Positions 48,296 to 58,754 of a DNA stretch of 64,000 bases are shown here, in pieces. Numbering within the stretch: position 1 is the first letter of the stretch; every line of letters begins with the position of its first letter. A program made the translations under genes and the position numbers. The stretch spans positions 67,983 through 131,982 of the forward strand of contig JACIXR010000004.1 of assembly GCA_014360495.1 (NCBI GenBank). Direction: 5' to 3'. This stretch comes from a bacterium (lineage in GTDB: Bacteria > Armatimonadota > JACIXR01). The notes below the pieces were generated by a model. That model was not told the origin of the DNA. It worked only from the letters and a program-made list of their open reading frames with translations, and made no database searches.

Positions 48296-50967
48296 TTTTC
48301 TCCCTTTGCCTTTGATATCACAACCTTTATGCCCTCAACCTCTTTGCTTTCCTCAGGGGCTTCGGAAAGGAGATGGTAACTCGCCGAAGATGTTATCAAT
48401 ATATCGGAAAGCTTGCTATCCACAATCTTCAAGACCTGATAATCTTCCTCCGGCAAGTATACCTCCACACTCGCCTCCAAGGGATTAGAGATGAGCCCCT
48501 TCGCTCGTTCTTCCTCTATCTGTTTGTAGATTTTCCTTCTCAAATTCAATATCCTGTCCCAATTCCTCTCCAATTCCTCGTTGATAAACACCTCTTTTAC
48601 AGAGGGCCAATCCATAAGGTGAACGCTTTCTGGTTTCCCCTCCCAATTCGGAAGATTTTGGAACGCTTCTTCAGATGTATGTGGCATTATGGGCGCGAGG
48701 ATGGTTATCATTGTCTGGGCAATTTGAAAAAGGGTAGTTTGTGCTGATAGGCGTTCAAAAGAGTTGGGTGGATATATGTAAAGGCGGTCCTTGAGGATAT
48801 CAAGATAAAACGCGGAGAGCCAATTGACGCAAAAATCCAAAACCATATGGTAAACTCTATGGAATTGGAATTGCTCATAGGCATCAGTGATAGCGGATAC
48901 CAACCTCTGCAATTTTGACAGCATAAACTTATCCAAACTCACCAAGCGTTCGTAGGGAAGAGGATTGGCGGGATTGAAGTCGTAGAGATTGCCCAATATG
49001 AATCTGATTGTGTTTCTTATCTTGCGGTAGGATTCAGCAACCTGCCCAACGATTTCAAATGACATATGCACATCTTCCGTGCAATTGAGGGAGGATATCC
49101 ATAGCCTAAGGACATCTGCGCCGAACCGCTCCACAACTTCCAGAGGAGATATCACATTCCCCAAGCTTTTATGCATCGGATGTCCCTCCGCATCCAACAC
49201 CCATCCATTCGTTATCACTGTCTTATAAGGAGCTTGCCCCTTGATGGCGACGGCTATCATAAGAGAAGAGTTGAACCATCCCCTATGTTGGTCTGAGCCC
49301 TCAAGGTATATGTCTGCTGGCCAGCGGTGTCCCTTTCTTTTTTCCAAAACGCATAGGTGGCTGGAGCCTGAATCAAACCAAACATCAAGTATATCCTTTT
49401 CCTTTCGGAATGAGGAAGCTCCACACTTGGGACAGGTAAACCCCTCAGGCAGAATTTCCTCTGGCGGCAGCTCAAACCAAGCATCGGAACCCTTTTCCTT
49501 GATTAGATTGTAAACTCTCTCCACAGTTTTTGGGGTGATGATTACCTCTCCGCAATTCTCACAGTAAAATGCGGGTATCCCAACGCCCCAAGCCCTCTGG
49601 CGGGATAGACACCAATCGGGGCGAGTTTTCACCATGTTATAAATGCGGTTAATCATTTGGGGAGGAATCCAGCGGGTTTTCTCTATTTCTTGAAGGCATT
49701 TTTCCCTGTGCCCTTGATGGTCTATGTTCATAAACCACTGGATAGTGGCTCTGAATATCAGGGGATTTTTACATCTCCAACAGTGAGGATACTCGTGAGT
49801 TATCTCGCCTGACTTGAGAAGAAGCCCTCTTTCCTCCAAAACCCTTATAACAGCCTGATTACCCTCTCCCATTACAGGGAGACCAGCGAATTCTCCCGCT
49901 TCCTCAGTGAACACCCCATCTGCGTTCACTGGACTGAGGATGGGGAGATTGTAAGCCTTCCCAACAAGGTAGTCTTCCTCACCATGTCCGGGAGCGGAAT
50001 GCACGAGTCCTGAACCCTGCTCCGAAGTGACGAATTCGCTGAGCACGATGGGCGATTCACGAGGGAAGAAGGGGTGAGAGAAGACAACGCCTTCCAGTTC
50101 TCGTCCCTTTAATTTCTTCTCAACCCTTGCTTCTCCCCATCCAAGTTCCTCCCTAACCTTCTCAAGCAATTCCTCAGCCACAACATATCTCTTACCATTT
50201 ACATTCACAACGAGATAATGGAAATCAGGATGAACCATTATGGCGACATTTCCTGGGATTGTCCAAGGCGTGGTTGTCCAGATGATTGCATAAGCATCTT
50301 CAACCTTTCCCTTGCCATCCTTCAAGGGAAATGCGACCCAGATGGAGGGGGAGACCTTCTCCTTATATTCTATCTCCGCCTCAGCGAGGGCGGTTTTGCA
50401 ATGGAAGCACCAGAGAATAGGCTTTAATGTGCGATAAATGTAGCCTTTAAAATAAAGTTCGCCGAAAATACGCACGAGTTCAGCTTCGTATTCGTTATCC
50501 ATTGTCAGATAGGGATTTTCCCAATCACCTATTATCCCCAATCGCTTGAACTGTTTTTTCTGTACCTCAATGAAGTGAGCTGCAAAAGCACGACATCGCT
50601 GGCGAATGAGGATTATATTGGGCTCTATCTTCTCCTTAAGGATTTCCTCCTGCACTTCCTTTTCAATCGGCATCCCGTGATTATCCCAACCGGGGACGAA
50701 GGGGGCATAGAATCCCTTCAACATCTTATAACGAACGATTATATCCTTGAGAATCTTATTAAGAGCGTGCCCCATATGAATATCTCCGTTGGAATAAGGG
50801 GGTCCATCGTGAAGTATGAAGATAGGATTGCCCTCCCTTTTTGCGAGGATTTTTTCGTAGAGTTTCATCTCGTCCCATTTTCTTTGAAAATCTATTTCCC
50901 TGATAGGGAGGTTTGCTTTCATAGGGAAGTGGGTTTTGGGGAGGTTGAGGGTTTCGCTGTAGTCCAA
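48184..50967 (-). CDS. ileS: Isoleucyl-tRNA synthetase
   Basis: It has the HIGH-region motif PYSNGDIHMGHALN, the KMSKS region (KSLGN) and a C-terminal zinc finger (CARCWQ...CERCA). It is 927 aa. Confidence 0.95.
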   Translation of the reverse strand: MDYSETLNLPKTHFPMKANLPIREIDFQRKWDEMKLYEKILAKREGNPIFILHDGPPYSNGDIHMGHALNKILKDIIVRYKMLKGFYAPFVPGWDNHGMPIEKEVQEEILKEKIEPNIILIRQRCRAFAAHFIEVQKKQFKRLGIIGDWENPYLTMDNEYEAELVRIFGELYFKGYIYRTLKPILWCFHCKTALAEAEIEYKEKVSPSIWVAFPLKDGKGKVEDAYAIIWTTTPWTIPGNVAIMVHPDFHYLVVNVNGKRYVVAEELLEKVREELGWGEARVEKKLKGRELEGVVFSHPFFPRESPIVLSEFVTSEQGSGLVHSAPGHGEEDYLVGKAYNLPILSPVNADGVFTEEAGEFAGLPVMGEGNQAVIRVLEERGLLLKSGEITHEYPHCWRCKNPLIFRATIQWFMNIDHQGHREKCLQEIEKTRWIPPQMINRIYNMVKTRPDWCLSRQRAWGVGIPAFYCENCGEVIITPKTVERVYNLIKEKGSDAWFELPPEEILPEGFTCPKCGASSFRKEKDILDVWFDSGSSHLCVLEKRKGHRWPADIYLEGSDQHRGWFNSSLMIAVAIKGQAPYKTVITNGWVLDAEGHPMHKSLGNVISPLEVVERFGADVLRLWISSLNCTEDVHMSFEIVGQVAESYRKIRNTIRFILGNLYDFNPANPLPYERLVSLDKFMLSKLQRLVSAITDAYEQFQFHRVYHMVLDFCVNWLSAFYLDILKDRLYIYPPNSFERLSAQTTLFQIAQTMITILAPIMPHTSEEAFQNLPNWEGKPESVHLMDWPSVKEVFINEELERNWDRILNLRRKIYKQIEEERAKGLISNPLEASVEVYLPEEDYQVLKIVDSKLSDILITSSASYHLLSEAPEESKEVEGIKVVISKAKGEKCARCWQIKESVGKDQEYPDLCERCASILRDRKIKPC

Positions 50968-50969
50968 AG

Positions 50970-51815
50970 CTATACACCTCCTATCTTGGAGAGGAAGTCG
51001 GAAAGGGCTTCCTGCCAGTTTCTAAGGGGGGTAAAGCCGAAGCTTTCCCAGCAGAGTGAACGGAGGGCGGAATAGGGAGGACGCTTAGCGGGGCTGGGCC
51101 ACTCCGAAGAAGTTATGGGATTTATTTTTGTGTCCAATCCCGAGAGGGAAACTATCCGCTGGGCGAAATTAAACCAAGATGTTTCTCCGCTGTTAGTTAT
51201 ATGATAAATGCCATAGAAAGGAGAATATATGAGCTGAGAGATTGCCTGGGCTAAATCGTATGTATAGGTTGGGGAGACAATCTGATCGGCAACCACGCCC
51301 AAAGGTTTTCCTTCCCCCGCTTTATTCAAAATGGTTGTCACAAAATTTTTCCCCTTCTCGCCGAATAAAGCCGCTGTCCTGATGATGAAGAAGCGTTTCA
51401 AGAGCATGGAGACCATCTTCTCGCCACCCAGTTTTGATTTCCCATATTGATTTATTGGATTTGGCTCGTCTATCTCAACATAGGGCTTTCCCTTACTGCC
51501 ATCAAATACATAATCCGTGCTGATGTAAACAAGGAGTGCATCAAGATGGGCGCAGGCGGTGGCAACCGCCCAGGTTCCAACTGTGTTAACGAGATAGGCT
51601 TTATTCGGCTCAAGTTCGCATTGGTCCACATTTGTGAAGGCGGCGCAATGGATAACCGCATCAGGTTTCAGGTAGGAAAAGACATCTAAAACCTTCTTTG
51701 TATCCGTAACATCCAAGTCCTCTTTGGATAAAGGTATGAGTTCCTCTTTATCCGAGAGGACTTTCTGAATATCGGAAGCTAACATTCCTTTTGCGCCTGT
51801 CAAAATTATTCTCAT
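50970..51815 (-). CDS. rfbD: dTDP-4-dehydrorhamnose reductase
   Basis: It has MRIILTGAKGMLAS and the RmlD-like SDR features YISTDYVFDG and YGKSK. Confidence 0.8.
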   Translation of the reverse strand: MRIILTGAKGMLASDIQKVLSDKEELIPLSKEDLDVTDTKKVLDVFSYLKPDAVIHCAAFTNVDQCELEPNKAYLVNTVGTWAVATACAHLDALLVYISTDYVFDGSKGKPYVEIDEPNPINQYGKSKLGGEKMVSMLLKRFFIIRTAALFGEKGKNFVTTILNKAGEGKPLGVVADQIVSPTYTYDLAQAISQLIYSPFYGIYHITNSGETSWFNFAQRIVSLSGLDTKINPITSSEWPSPAKRPPYSALRSLCWESFGFTPLRNWQEALSDFLSKIGGV

Positions 51816-51895
51816 GGCATTAGAAAGGGGAGAAACATTATGATGGCTTTTGATATTTTATATCAGAAAATCATTAAATTGGCAAGGAGAAGGCT

Positions 51896-53179
51896 TTAAA
51901 TCTTTCTCAGCTCATCTATATTCTTCCTTATCTTCAAAATAGCCTCTACTATTTTCTCCATATCGCTTTTTGGACCGAGGAAGATGGAATGAGGGAATGC
52001 GCAGGCTTCCTCCTTCGCCGCTTTTTCCACAACTGGAAGATAGAGCTTGTAGTAGTCAATTTCCTTGCCGTAAAGTGGGCATTTTATTGGGCATCCAGTT
52101 CTTCCGAAGCCCTCTTCTTTGAAGAGGGGCATTTTATAGAGCGGTTCAATGTGGCCTGTCCAGCAAGGAATTCCTTCAGCGGAAAGCGCTTGGAGGAACT
52201 TGTCCCGGGATATACCATCCCACTTCTCTGATATGAATTTGAAATGCCAATAATAGAAACACCAGCGGGTTACCCTTGGGTCGCGATATATCGGCTCTAT
52301 ACCCTCAACTTCCTTCAAAAGCTCTATAAGGTAATTTGAATTTCGTTCCCTTATCTCTATTTGCTCGGGGAATCTCTTGAGCTGAGCTAAGCCGATGGCA
52401 GCTTGCCATTCAGTCATTCTCAAATTCGTTCCGAGAAGATAATGCTCATAGAATCCTTTCCCAGGGAGCCTTCCTATGTGGTGATAGGCAAAGGTTTTCT
52501 CATAAATCTCCTCATCGTTTGTTATTACCATTCCACCTTCCCCACAGGTTAAGGTCTTTCCCATTTGAAAGCTGAAGGTGCCCGCATCAGCGACCGCGCC
52601 TGTCCCTATACCTTTCCATTGGGAGCCGTGAGAATGGGCACAGTCCGCTATGACATAGATGTTGTGCTTTTTGGCGATTTCGTTTAGGGCATCGTAATCG
52701 CAGGGCATACCGCCTACATCCACTGGTATTATAGCTTTCGTTCTCGGAGTGATAGCGTCTTCAACTGCTTTGGGGTCTATGGTGTAATTGCGAGGGTCAA
52801 TATCCACGAAAATGGGGATGGCGTTGACCCTTAAAACAGCTGTTACTGTGGCGATAAAGGTTGCAGGTGGGACAATTACTTCATCTCCTCCCTCCACTCC
52901 AATCGCTTTGAGAGCAGCTTCTATAGCCACTGTTCCATTGCAGACCGCTACCCCGAATTTCGCTCCCTGAAATTCCGCAAAGGCTCTCTCAAACTGACCG
53001 ACCTTTGATTTCCAATATCCCTCATGGGTATAATCCCAACCCCATCCTCCAAACCACCATATCCCGCTATCCAGAACCTCCATTAATTCCTTTCTCTCCT
53101 CTTCGCCAAAGATTGGCCACGATTTACCAAGTGGTTCCTTTATCAGGGGTTCGCCTCCGCAAATAGCTAACTTTGCCAT
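51896..53179 (-). CDS. DegT/DnrJ/EryC1-family PLP-dependent aminotransferase/dehydratase (long form, 427 aa)
   Basis: It has VAVCNGTVAIEAAL, DEVIVPPATFIAT and FSFQMGKTLTCGEGG (the PLP lysine). Confidence 0.7.
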   Translation of the reverse strand: MAKLAICGGEPLIKEPLGKSWPIFGEEERKELMEVLDSGIWWFGGWGWDYTHEGYWKSKVGQFERAFAEFQGAKFGVAVCNGTVAIEAALKAIGVEGGDEVIVPPATFIATVTAVLRVNAIPIFVDIDPRNYTIDPKAVEDAITPRTKAIIPVDVGGMPCDYDALNEIAKKHNIYVIADCAHSHGSQWKGIGTGAVADAGTFSFQMGKTLTCGEGGMVITNDEEIYEKTFAYHHIGRLPGKGFYEHYLLGTNLRMTEWQAAIGLAQLKRFPEQIEIRERNSNYLIELLKEVEGIEPIYRDPRVTRWCFYYWHFKFISEKWDGISRDKFLQALSAEGIPCWTGHIEPLYKMPLFKEEGFGRTGCPIKCPLYGKEIDYYKLYLPVVEKAAKEEACAFPHSIFLGPKSDMEKIVEAILKIRKNIDELRKI

Positions 53180-53976
53180 TTCTTTCTCATCTCCTCGTAA
53201 AAGTCTTTATAGGATTTGACCTCTATGCCTTTCTCTAATGCATATTCTATCAAAAAGGAAATTTGTGACAATTTGGGGTCCTTTATCGCTGTATGGTCAT
53301 GTGCACCGTATCCCCAAGCGTAATCCCTTTCCTTCACCAAATCGGCACATTCCTTAAGATATCTTTTGTACCCCTCCATATCCTCACCGTGAATCCAATA
53401 CCAGTAGATATCTTGATATCCCTGATTTGGACATTCCAATATATCGGGAAAGCCGGAGTGCTCATACCAGAAGGGTTGAACTTCAAAGGGAGTGGGCTGA
53501 TAATCCTTTTCATTCCTCGCCCAGGTGCGGGTGAACCTTATGCCGATTTTATGGAGAATTTCCAATATATCGGGTCTATCACATAACCCACGATAATATC
53601 CCCAAGGTCCCGTTAACCCGATGCAATCAACTCCCAGCATTTCCTTTAAGAGCCTTGAAGCTTTGCTCACATCTTCCTCTATTTGCTCAAGCGTTCCACC
53701 CCTCACCATTTGAATCTTCTCCCCATCGTCAATATACACAGTTTTCAAGAGGAGATGGGAATAAGTATGTTGCTGGAGGTCGAATAAAGAGCTTTTAACG
53801 AAGGGCTTAAAAACCTCTGCGCCCACAATCTCAAGCGTTCTTCCTACGATAAAGAATGTGCAGGGAGCGGAGTAACGATTATGCACTTCCCAAGCGATAT
53901 CCAGAAACTTCTTCGTGATTTCGGGTTCGTTCGCCTCAACATCATAACCTATAAGGAGATATGGCATAGTTTTCAC
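53167..53976 (-). CDS. Polysaccharide-deacetylase-like (CE4 superfamily, GYDVE variant) protein
   Basis: LLIGYDVE and TFFIVGRTLE parallel the NodB motifs 1 and 2, but with the variant first motif seen in PuuE-like members. Confidence 0.5.
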   Translation of the reverse strand: MKTMPYLLIGYDVEANEPEITKKFLDIAWEVHNRYSAPCTFFIVGRTLEIVGAEVFKPFVKSSLFDLQQHTYSHLLLKTVYIDDGEKIQMVRGGTLEQIEEDVSKASRLLKEMLGVDCIGLTGPWGYYRGLCDRPDILEILHKIGIRFTRTWARNEKDYQPTPFEVQPFWYEHSGFPDILECPNQGYQDIYWYWIHGEDMEGYKRYLKECADLVKERDYAWGYGAHDHTAIKDPKLSQISFLIEYALEKGIEVKSYKDFYEEMRKKWQS

Positions 53977-54012
53977 CAGTCTAATTATAAGAGAAAACTA
54001 AATTCCATCAAA

Positions 54013-55842
54013 TTATTTTATCCTTAAAATAAATTCTATGAGGGCAGGAAACTCTTGTTCTCTCCTCGTAACATCAACGAGGACAACATATTGACCAGGG
54101 GATATGTGGAAAGGGATGGAGAAGGGAAGGAGAATGAAGCTTTCCTCCTTGCCTTCAATTTTTCTCTCAACCCATTGGGAGACATTAGCACAGGCAAGTT
54201 CTTGAGGGAAGCGAGGTTTGATTTTGAATTTGATTCTCTGGGCAGAATGGTTCTTTATGATTATCTTGACATTTCCCGTTTCCCCTGGAGAGAGCTCTAG
54301 TTCATAGGGATAAGCGAAAGCCCAGTAGGGGTCTATGCCGAAATTTGGATTTTCCCAAGGGAGAAGCTCTCCCATTAGTTTCTCTCGCTCCTTTAAGGTC
54401 CTTCGCCAAAGAGCGACCTCCTGTGATGAAATGGAGAAGGGGGTGTCTATGTGGCTGTTGAATGTAAGCTTTGGCTTTATCTCTTCCAACAATCTCAAGC
54501 AGTAATCGTATCCTTCGTTTTCCGAGAGGAAATTGCGGTTGTAGGCGCAGTAATCGTCCAAGCCTGTGGGAGTAAAGGAATCTCCGCAGAAAAAGAGGCG
54601 ATTGCCTTTACCTTCAACTAAAAGGCCGCTATGATAAAGGGTCTGTCCAGGGAAATGATAAGCGGTCAGTTTGAATTCCTCCCATTGCCAGGATTCGCCA
54701 TTCCTAACAATCCTGTCAATTTGGATAGGATTGGGAGAAAGGCAGGGAAGCTTCCAAGCTTTGGGATTGGAAACGACTTTAGCCACGGATTCCTCCGCTA
54801 TTACTTCGCAGGAAAATCTTTGCCGGAGTAGGGGAATTGCATCGGTGTGGTCATCGTGGATGTGGGTTATCCAAAGCCCGTCTACCTTATCAATCTTGCC
54901 TTCCTGAATCAGGGCTTCAATTTCTTTTATGGCATCTTCGCTTCCGCAATCCAAAATGAAGGCTCTTCTTTTATCGCTAATTATAAGCCAGCTGGTTCCG
55001 ATATGGAGGAGGAAAGGAGGTGTTTTCCTCAAAGGTGCGGAGGCGAGAGGTCCTTTTTGACTTTGTTCTGAAAGAAGACGGGGGAAATAATGCCAAAGCG
55101 CTGAACTTGAGAGATAATTCTCGTAGCATTTCTTAAATCTTTCTTCAAGCAGGTCCACAGCTACCTTTGGCTCAGTGATTATCTTCCCGTGCGAGGGAAC
55201 AAAAGCCTTGATTCCCATCTCAAGAAGCCCTCTAAGGCTTTCTATTACTTTTCTCCAGGCAAACATAAAGCCGTGATAATCGGTGAGATTCCCAAAACCC
55301 TTTTGTAAGCTGAAAACATCAAATATTTTTCCTTTATCGTAAATCAAATCGCCGCAGAATGCGATTTTCTCATCTTTTACCTCCACTATGAAGCTCATAC
55401 TTCCATCTGTATGCCCGGGAGTGGATAAAGCGGTTATCTTCGCCGGTCCCCAGGAGATTTCCTCTCCGCTTCTCAATGGCGAATCTACTTTTATTGGCTC
55501 TGCTATGAGGAGATTTTGACGAAAATAGTAGAGATGGTATCTTTTAGTAGGGTCGTTCCAATATTTTTCCACATCTTCAAACAAACTTCTCTCTTTTTCT
55601 GGAACTGCTATCCAAGTTCCTCTCTCAAGGGCTTCCTTAACGCCAAGGGCTTGGTCTCTGTGATGATGGGTGAAAAGAACCCCATCTATCTTCTTTATCC
55701 CATATTTGCCCAAGATTTTAAGAACCTCACCAGTCCCAAAATCTATTAAGAGGGCTTCCCAACCGTTTCTGATTACTCCCACATTTATGGCTCCCAGGAA
55801 AACTGAAAGATTTTCATTGAAGGAAATAAAATTTGAGCTCAT
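54013..55842 (-). CDS. Tandem MBL-fold metallo-hydrolase (two metallo-beta-lactamase-like domains)
   Basis: The first domain has VLFTHHHRDQ and the second has LWITHIHDDHTDA (H-x-H-x-D-H motifs). Confidence 0.7.
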   Translation of the reverse strand: MSSNFISFNENLSVFLGAINVGVIRNGWEALLIDFGTGEVLKILGKYGIKKIDGVLFTHHHRDQALGVKEALERGTWIAVPEKERSLFEDVEKYWNDPTKRYHLYYFRQNLLIAEPIKVDSPLRSGEEISWGPAKITALSTPGHTDGSMSFIVEVKDEKIAFCGDLIYDKGKIFDVFSLQKGFGNLTDYHGFMFAWRKVIESLRGLLEMGIKAFVPSHGKIITEPKVAVDLLEERFKKCYENYLSSSALWHYFPRLLSEQSQKGPLASAPLRKTPPFLLHIGTSWLIISDKRRAFILDCGSEDAIKEIEALIQEGKIDKVDGLWITHIHDDHTDAIPLLRQRFSCEVIAEESVAKVVSNPKAWKLPCLSPNPIQIDRIVRNGESWQWEEFKLTAYHFPGQTLYHSGLLVEGKGNRLFFCGDSFTPTGLDDYCAYNRNFLSENEGYDYCLRLLEEIKPKLTFNSHIDTPFSISSQEVALWRRTLKEREKLMGELLPWENPNFGIDPYWAFAYPYELELSPGETGNVKIIIKNHSAQRIKFKIKPRFPQELACANVSQWVERKIEGKEESFILLPFSIPFHISPGQYVVLVDVTRREQEFPALIEFILRIK

Positions 55843-55894
55843 TTCGTAGAAAGTTATAAGGATAAGGATTCATAATGTCAAAACTATTTCCTCT

Positions 55895-57445
55895 GTGACC
55901 TTGCGAGTGAAAAGCTGTATCGGTATAATATTAATAAGAATGAGCCAGCAGTCGCCATTCCATTTTTTATTTGCCTTTATATTTTTACTCTCGTCCTTCT
56001 CATATCCCCAGAAAGAGGGGAAATGCAATTTATATCTTTTTGGACGGCAATTTGATAATATTGATTATTTCCTTGAAAACAACGATGTCTATCTCGCCCT
56101 TGATATATCTCCTCTTTCACCTCTCTTGAGAAATTCACAATTGAAAACCGTTAAGAGGGGAGGGAAAAACTATTACTCTCTCAACGAGCTAAAATGCGTT
56201 CAGAGCTTATCATGCAAGTGGGATGGGGAAAGGAAATGTGCGAACATCGCGATTAAATTAAAAAGGGAGAACATAATATGGGAGAGGAATCCCTCTGCCC
56301 TATCTTTTCAAATTACCTTGCCTATTCCCCTTTCGTTTGAAACCGGCATCCTTTCCAATCCCCCGAGGGCATTTGTTGATATCAAAGGTGCCCATCTTTA
56401 CCCCGCTAAAATAGAGGAGGAGATAGGCGATAATTTAAAAATGAGAGTAGCCCAGCACGCAATATCCCCAGATATCGTTAGATTCGTTATAGACCTTCCT
56501 CCTTCCCCACCGAAAGTGGAGTTCTCTCCCTCTCCCTCAAAGCAGATAAAGATTTTCTTCCCCTCTCTTCTTTCGGGAAAGGGCAGTGGGTTGGAGGCAA
56601 TTGAATTGAAAAAAGTGGATGAGGCTGTGGTAGCCTCCTTGAGATTAACCCAGCTCAGCGAATACAAAACCCTTCTCCTAAAGAATCCACCCCGGCTCGC
56701 CATAGATATTACGCCATCATATCTCTCCTCTTCTCTTTCCTGTCCCGAGACATTACCTCCCATATCTCAGGTTAGATGGTCACAATTCTCCAACGATCCA
56801 CCTACTGTGAGGGTGGTATTTGATTTGGAGAGGGAGATTGGCGTGGATATAAGAAGCAAGCCCTCGCTTATAGAGATTAAATTCGGTTCCTTTTTCGAGA
56901 GGGATTTGAGGAAATTGGAAGATTTGAGAATCGTTATAGACCCTGGACACGGCGGTTCAGATTGTGGCGCGATAGGGACAAGTGGACTGATGGAGAAGGA
57001 AATCAACTTGGATATAGCTAAGAGGATAAAGAATCTTCTCCCGAACGTATTTCTTACCCGAGAGGAAGATGTGTATGTTTCTCTGCAAGGGAGGGTGGAT
57101 TTTGCCACCCAAGTGAACGCGGATATATTCATAAGCATTCATAATAATGCCCTACCAAATGCGAAGGGGACGGGAACGGAGACCTATTATTTCCGAGAAG
57201 ATAGCTTGGAGTTGGCACAATACATTCATAAGGCGCTCATTTCCAAGTTGGGACTTCCCGATGGAGGGGTAAGGAGGAGAGAATTTTATGTGATAAAGAA
57301 CTCCCCCTGTCCATCTGTGCTGATAGAGGGAGCTTATATATCCAATCCTGAGGAAGAGAAGCTCTTGGCTAGCGAGGATTTTCGCCAGAAGATAGCCGAG
57401 GCGGTCGTTGAAGGATTGAAGCAATACTTTGGGAGGGAGAGATGA
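55895..57445 (+). CDS. N-acetylmuramoyl-L-alanine amidase (Amidase_3, AmiC-like) with N-terminal AMIN-like domains
   Basis: The C-terminus has IVIDPGHGGSDCGAIG, DIFISIHNNA and GTETYY. The N-terminal repeated domains of about 100 aa (RVAQHAISPDIVRFVIDL / VRWSQFSNDPPTVRVVFDL) are AMIN-like. Confidence 0.8.
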   Translation: MTLRVKSCIGIILIRMSQQSPFHFLFAFIFLLSSFSYPQKEGKCNLYLFGRQFDNIDYFLENNDVYLALDISPLSPLLRNSQLKTVKRGGKNYYSLNELKCVQSLSCKWDGERKCANIAIKLKRENIIWERNPSALSFQITLPIPLSFETGILSNPPRAFVDIKGAHLYPAKIEEEIGDNLKMRVAQHAISPDIVRFVIDLPPSPPKVEFSPSPSKQIKIFFPSLLSGKGSGLEAIELKKVDEAVVASLRLTQLSEYKTLLLKNPPRLAIDITPSYLSSSLSCPETLPPISQVRWSQFSNDPPTVRVVFDLEREIGVDIRSKPSLIEIKFGSFFERDLRKLEDLRIVIDPGHGGSDCGAIGTSGLMEKEINLDIAKRIKNLLPNVFLTREEDVYVSLQGRVDFATQVNADIFISIHNNALPNAKGTGTETYYFREDSLELAQYIHKALISKLGLPDGGVRRREFYVIKNSPCPSVLIEGAYISNPEEEKLLASEDFRQKIAEAVVEGLKQYFGRER

Positions 57446-57963
57446 AGAGCAACAGAAAATTTGTTTTCCTTATCATCCTTCTTGTTGTTTTCATGAGCCT
57501 GGTTTTCTATATTCGTGCTAAGAAGGTTGTTAGGGAAAGGAGAATCTGGCAGGAAGTGGTGCTTTACCTTGCGGATTTTTCCTCTCCCAAAGGACCTTCA
57601 CTCGTCCCCGTGAAGATGAAAGTGGAGAAGGAAGATGCATTGAATTCAGCCATAGAGCTTTTAATACATCCACCGCCTTATTTGAGAGGCGTTTCCTCCC
57701 CGTTGCCCAGGGGGACACGGCTCATCTCCGCTGAGGTCAAAGGGGATACCGCCTATCTCAATTTCTCAAAGGAGCTGAAGGATAATTTCCTCGGTGGTTC
57801 TACGAACGAAATGCTCGTCGTTTACGGCATTGTTAACACAGCTTGCTCAATAAACGGGATAAAGAGGGTTCAGATATTGATAGAGGGGAAAAACATAGAA
57901 AGCCTTGGTGGTCATCTTGAGATAATGGAGCCTTTGGAGCCGAATAGGGAAATAGTGAGATGA
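57442..57963 (+). CDS. GerMN-domain protein (sporulation/germination-associated lipoprotein-like domain), membrane anchored
   Basis: It has an N-terminal TM segment. LVPVKMKV...ALNSAIELLIHPP...TAYLNFSKEL...GGHLE matches the GerMN fold pattern. Its start overlaps the amidase stop. Confidence 0.6.
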   Translation: MKSNRKFVFLIILLVVFMSLVFYIRAKKVVRERRIWQEVVLYLADFSSPKGPSLVPVKMKVEKEDALNSAIELLIHPPPYLRGVSSPLPRGTRLISAEVKGDTAYLNFSKELKDNFLGGSTNEMLVVYGIVNTACSINGIKRVQILIEGKNIESLGGHLEIMEPLEPNREIVR

Positions 57964-58754
57964 ATAAACCGATAGGTATTTTTGACTCTGGAGTAGGTGG
58001 GCTAACCGTCGCTAAGGCTATATCCGAGATTCTGCCGAACGAATCTTTTCTCTATTTTGCCGATACGAAGAACCTCCCCTATGGGGAGCATTCACCAGAG
58101 GAAATTGAAGGTTTTGCCCTCCGCATAATCTCATTTCTCGTGAGCAGGGGAATCAAGTTGTTGGCGATAGCATGCAATTATTCCTCAGCCGTCGTTTTGG
58201 ATAAGGCACGGCGAATTTATCCCTCCCTCCCCATCCTCGGCGTCTTGCAGGCGGGAGCGAGATTAGCGGTTTCTCAACCATTTGAGAGGATAGGTGTATT
58301 GGCTACGAGGGGAACGGTGAAAACGCGGATGTTCCCAAGGGAAATAAAGAATTTAAACCCTCAAATGAAAGTTTTACAGGCAAGTTGCCCGCCACTCGTC
58401 TCCCTCATAGAGAGCTTTGCACCTGAGTCAGAGATTCGCTCTGTCGTTAGGGATTGCCTGAAAAGATTGAAGAGAAAGGGAGTAGAGGCGTTGGTTTTGG
58501 GTTGCACACACTATCCCTTGGTGAGGGGAATAATAGAGGAGGAAATGGGAGGGGTAAAGATATTGGACCCAGCTGAGGAACTGGCGAGGGAGGTAAAAAG
58601 GATATTGGAGAAAGAGAATCTTATCTCGGATGATTGTCCAAAGCATCGTTTCTTTGTCTCGGGAGATGATAGCTCGCTGAGGAAATTTGTGCCCTCTCTT
58701 TTGGGAATTGATATAATAGAGATTGAACACCAAGATTTTGAAGGAGGTTTTTGA
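57960..58754 (+). CDS. murI: Glutamate racemase
   Basis: It has IGIFDSGVGGLTV, LAIACNYSSAV and LGCTHYPL. Confidence 0.9.
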   Translation: MNKPIGIFDSGVGGLTVAKAISEILPNESFLYFADTKNLPYGEHSPEEIEGFALRIISFLVSRGIKLLAIACNYSSAVVLDKARRIYPSLPILGVLQAGARLAVSQPFERIGVLATRGTVKTRMFPREIKNLNPQMKVLQASCPPLVSLIESFAPESEIRSVVRDCLKRLKRKGVEALVLGCTHYPLVRGIIEEEMGGVKILDPAEELAREVKRILEKENLISDDCPKHRFFVSGDDSSLRKFVPSLLGIDIIEIEHQDFEGGF

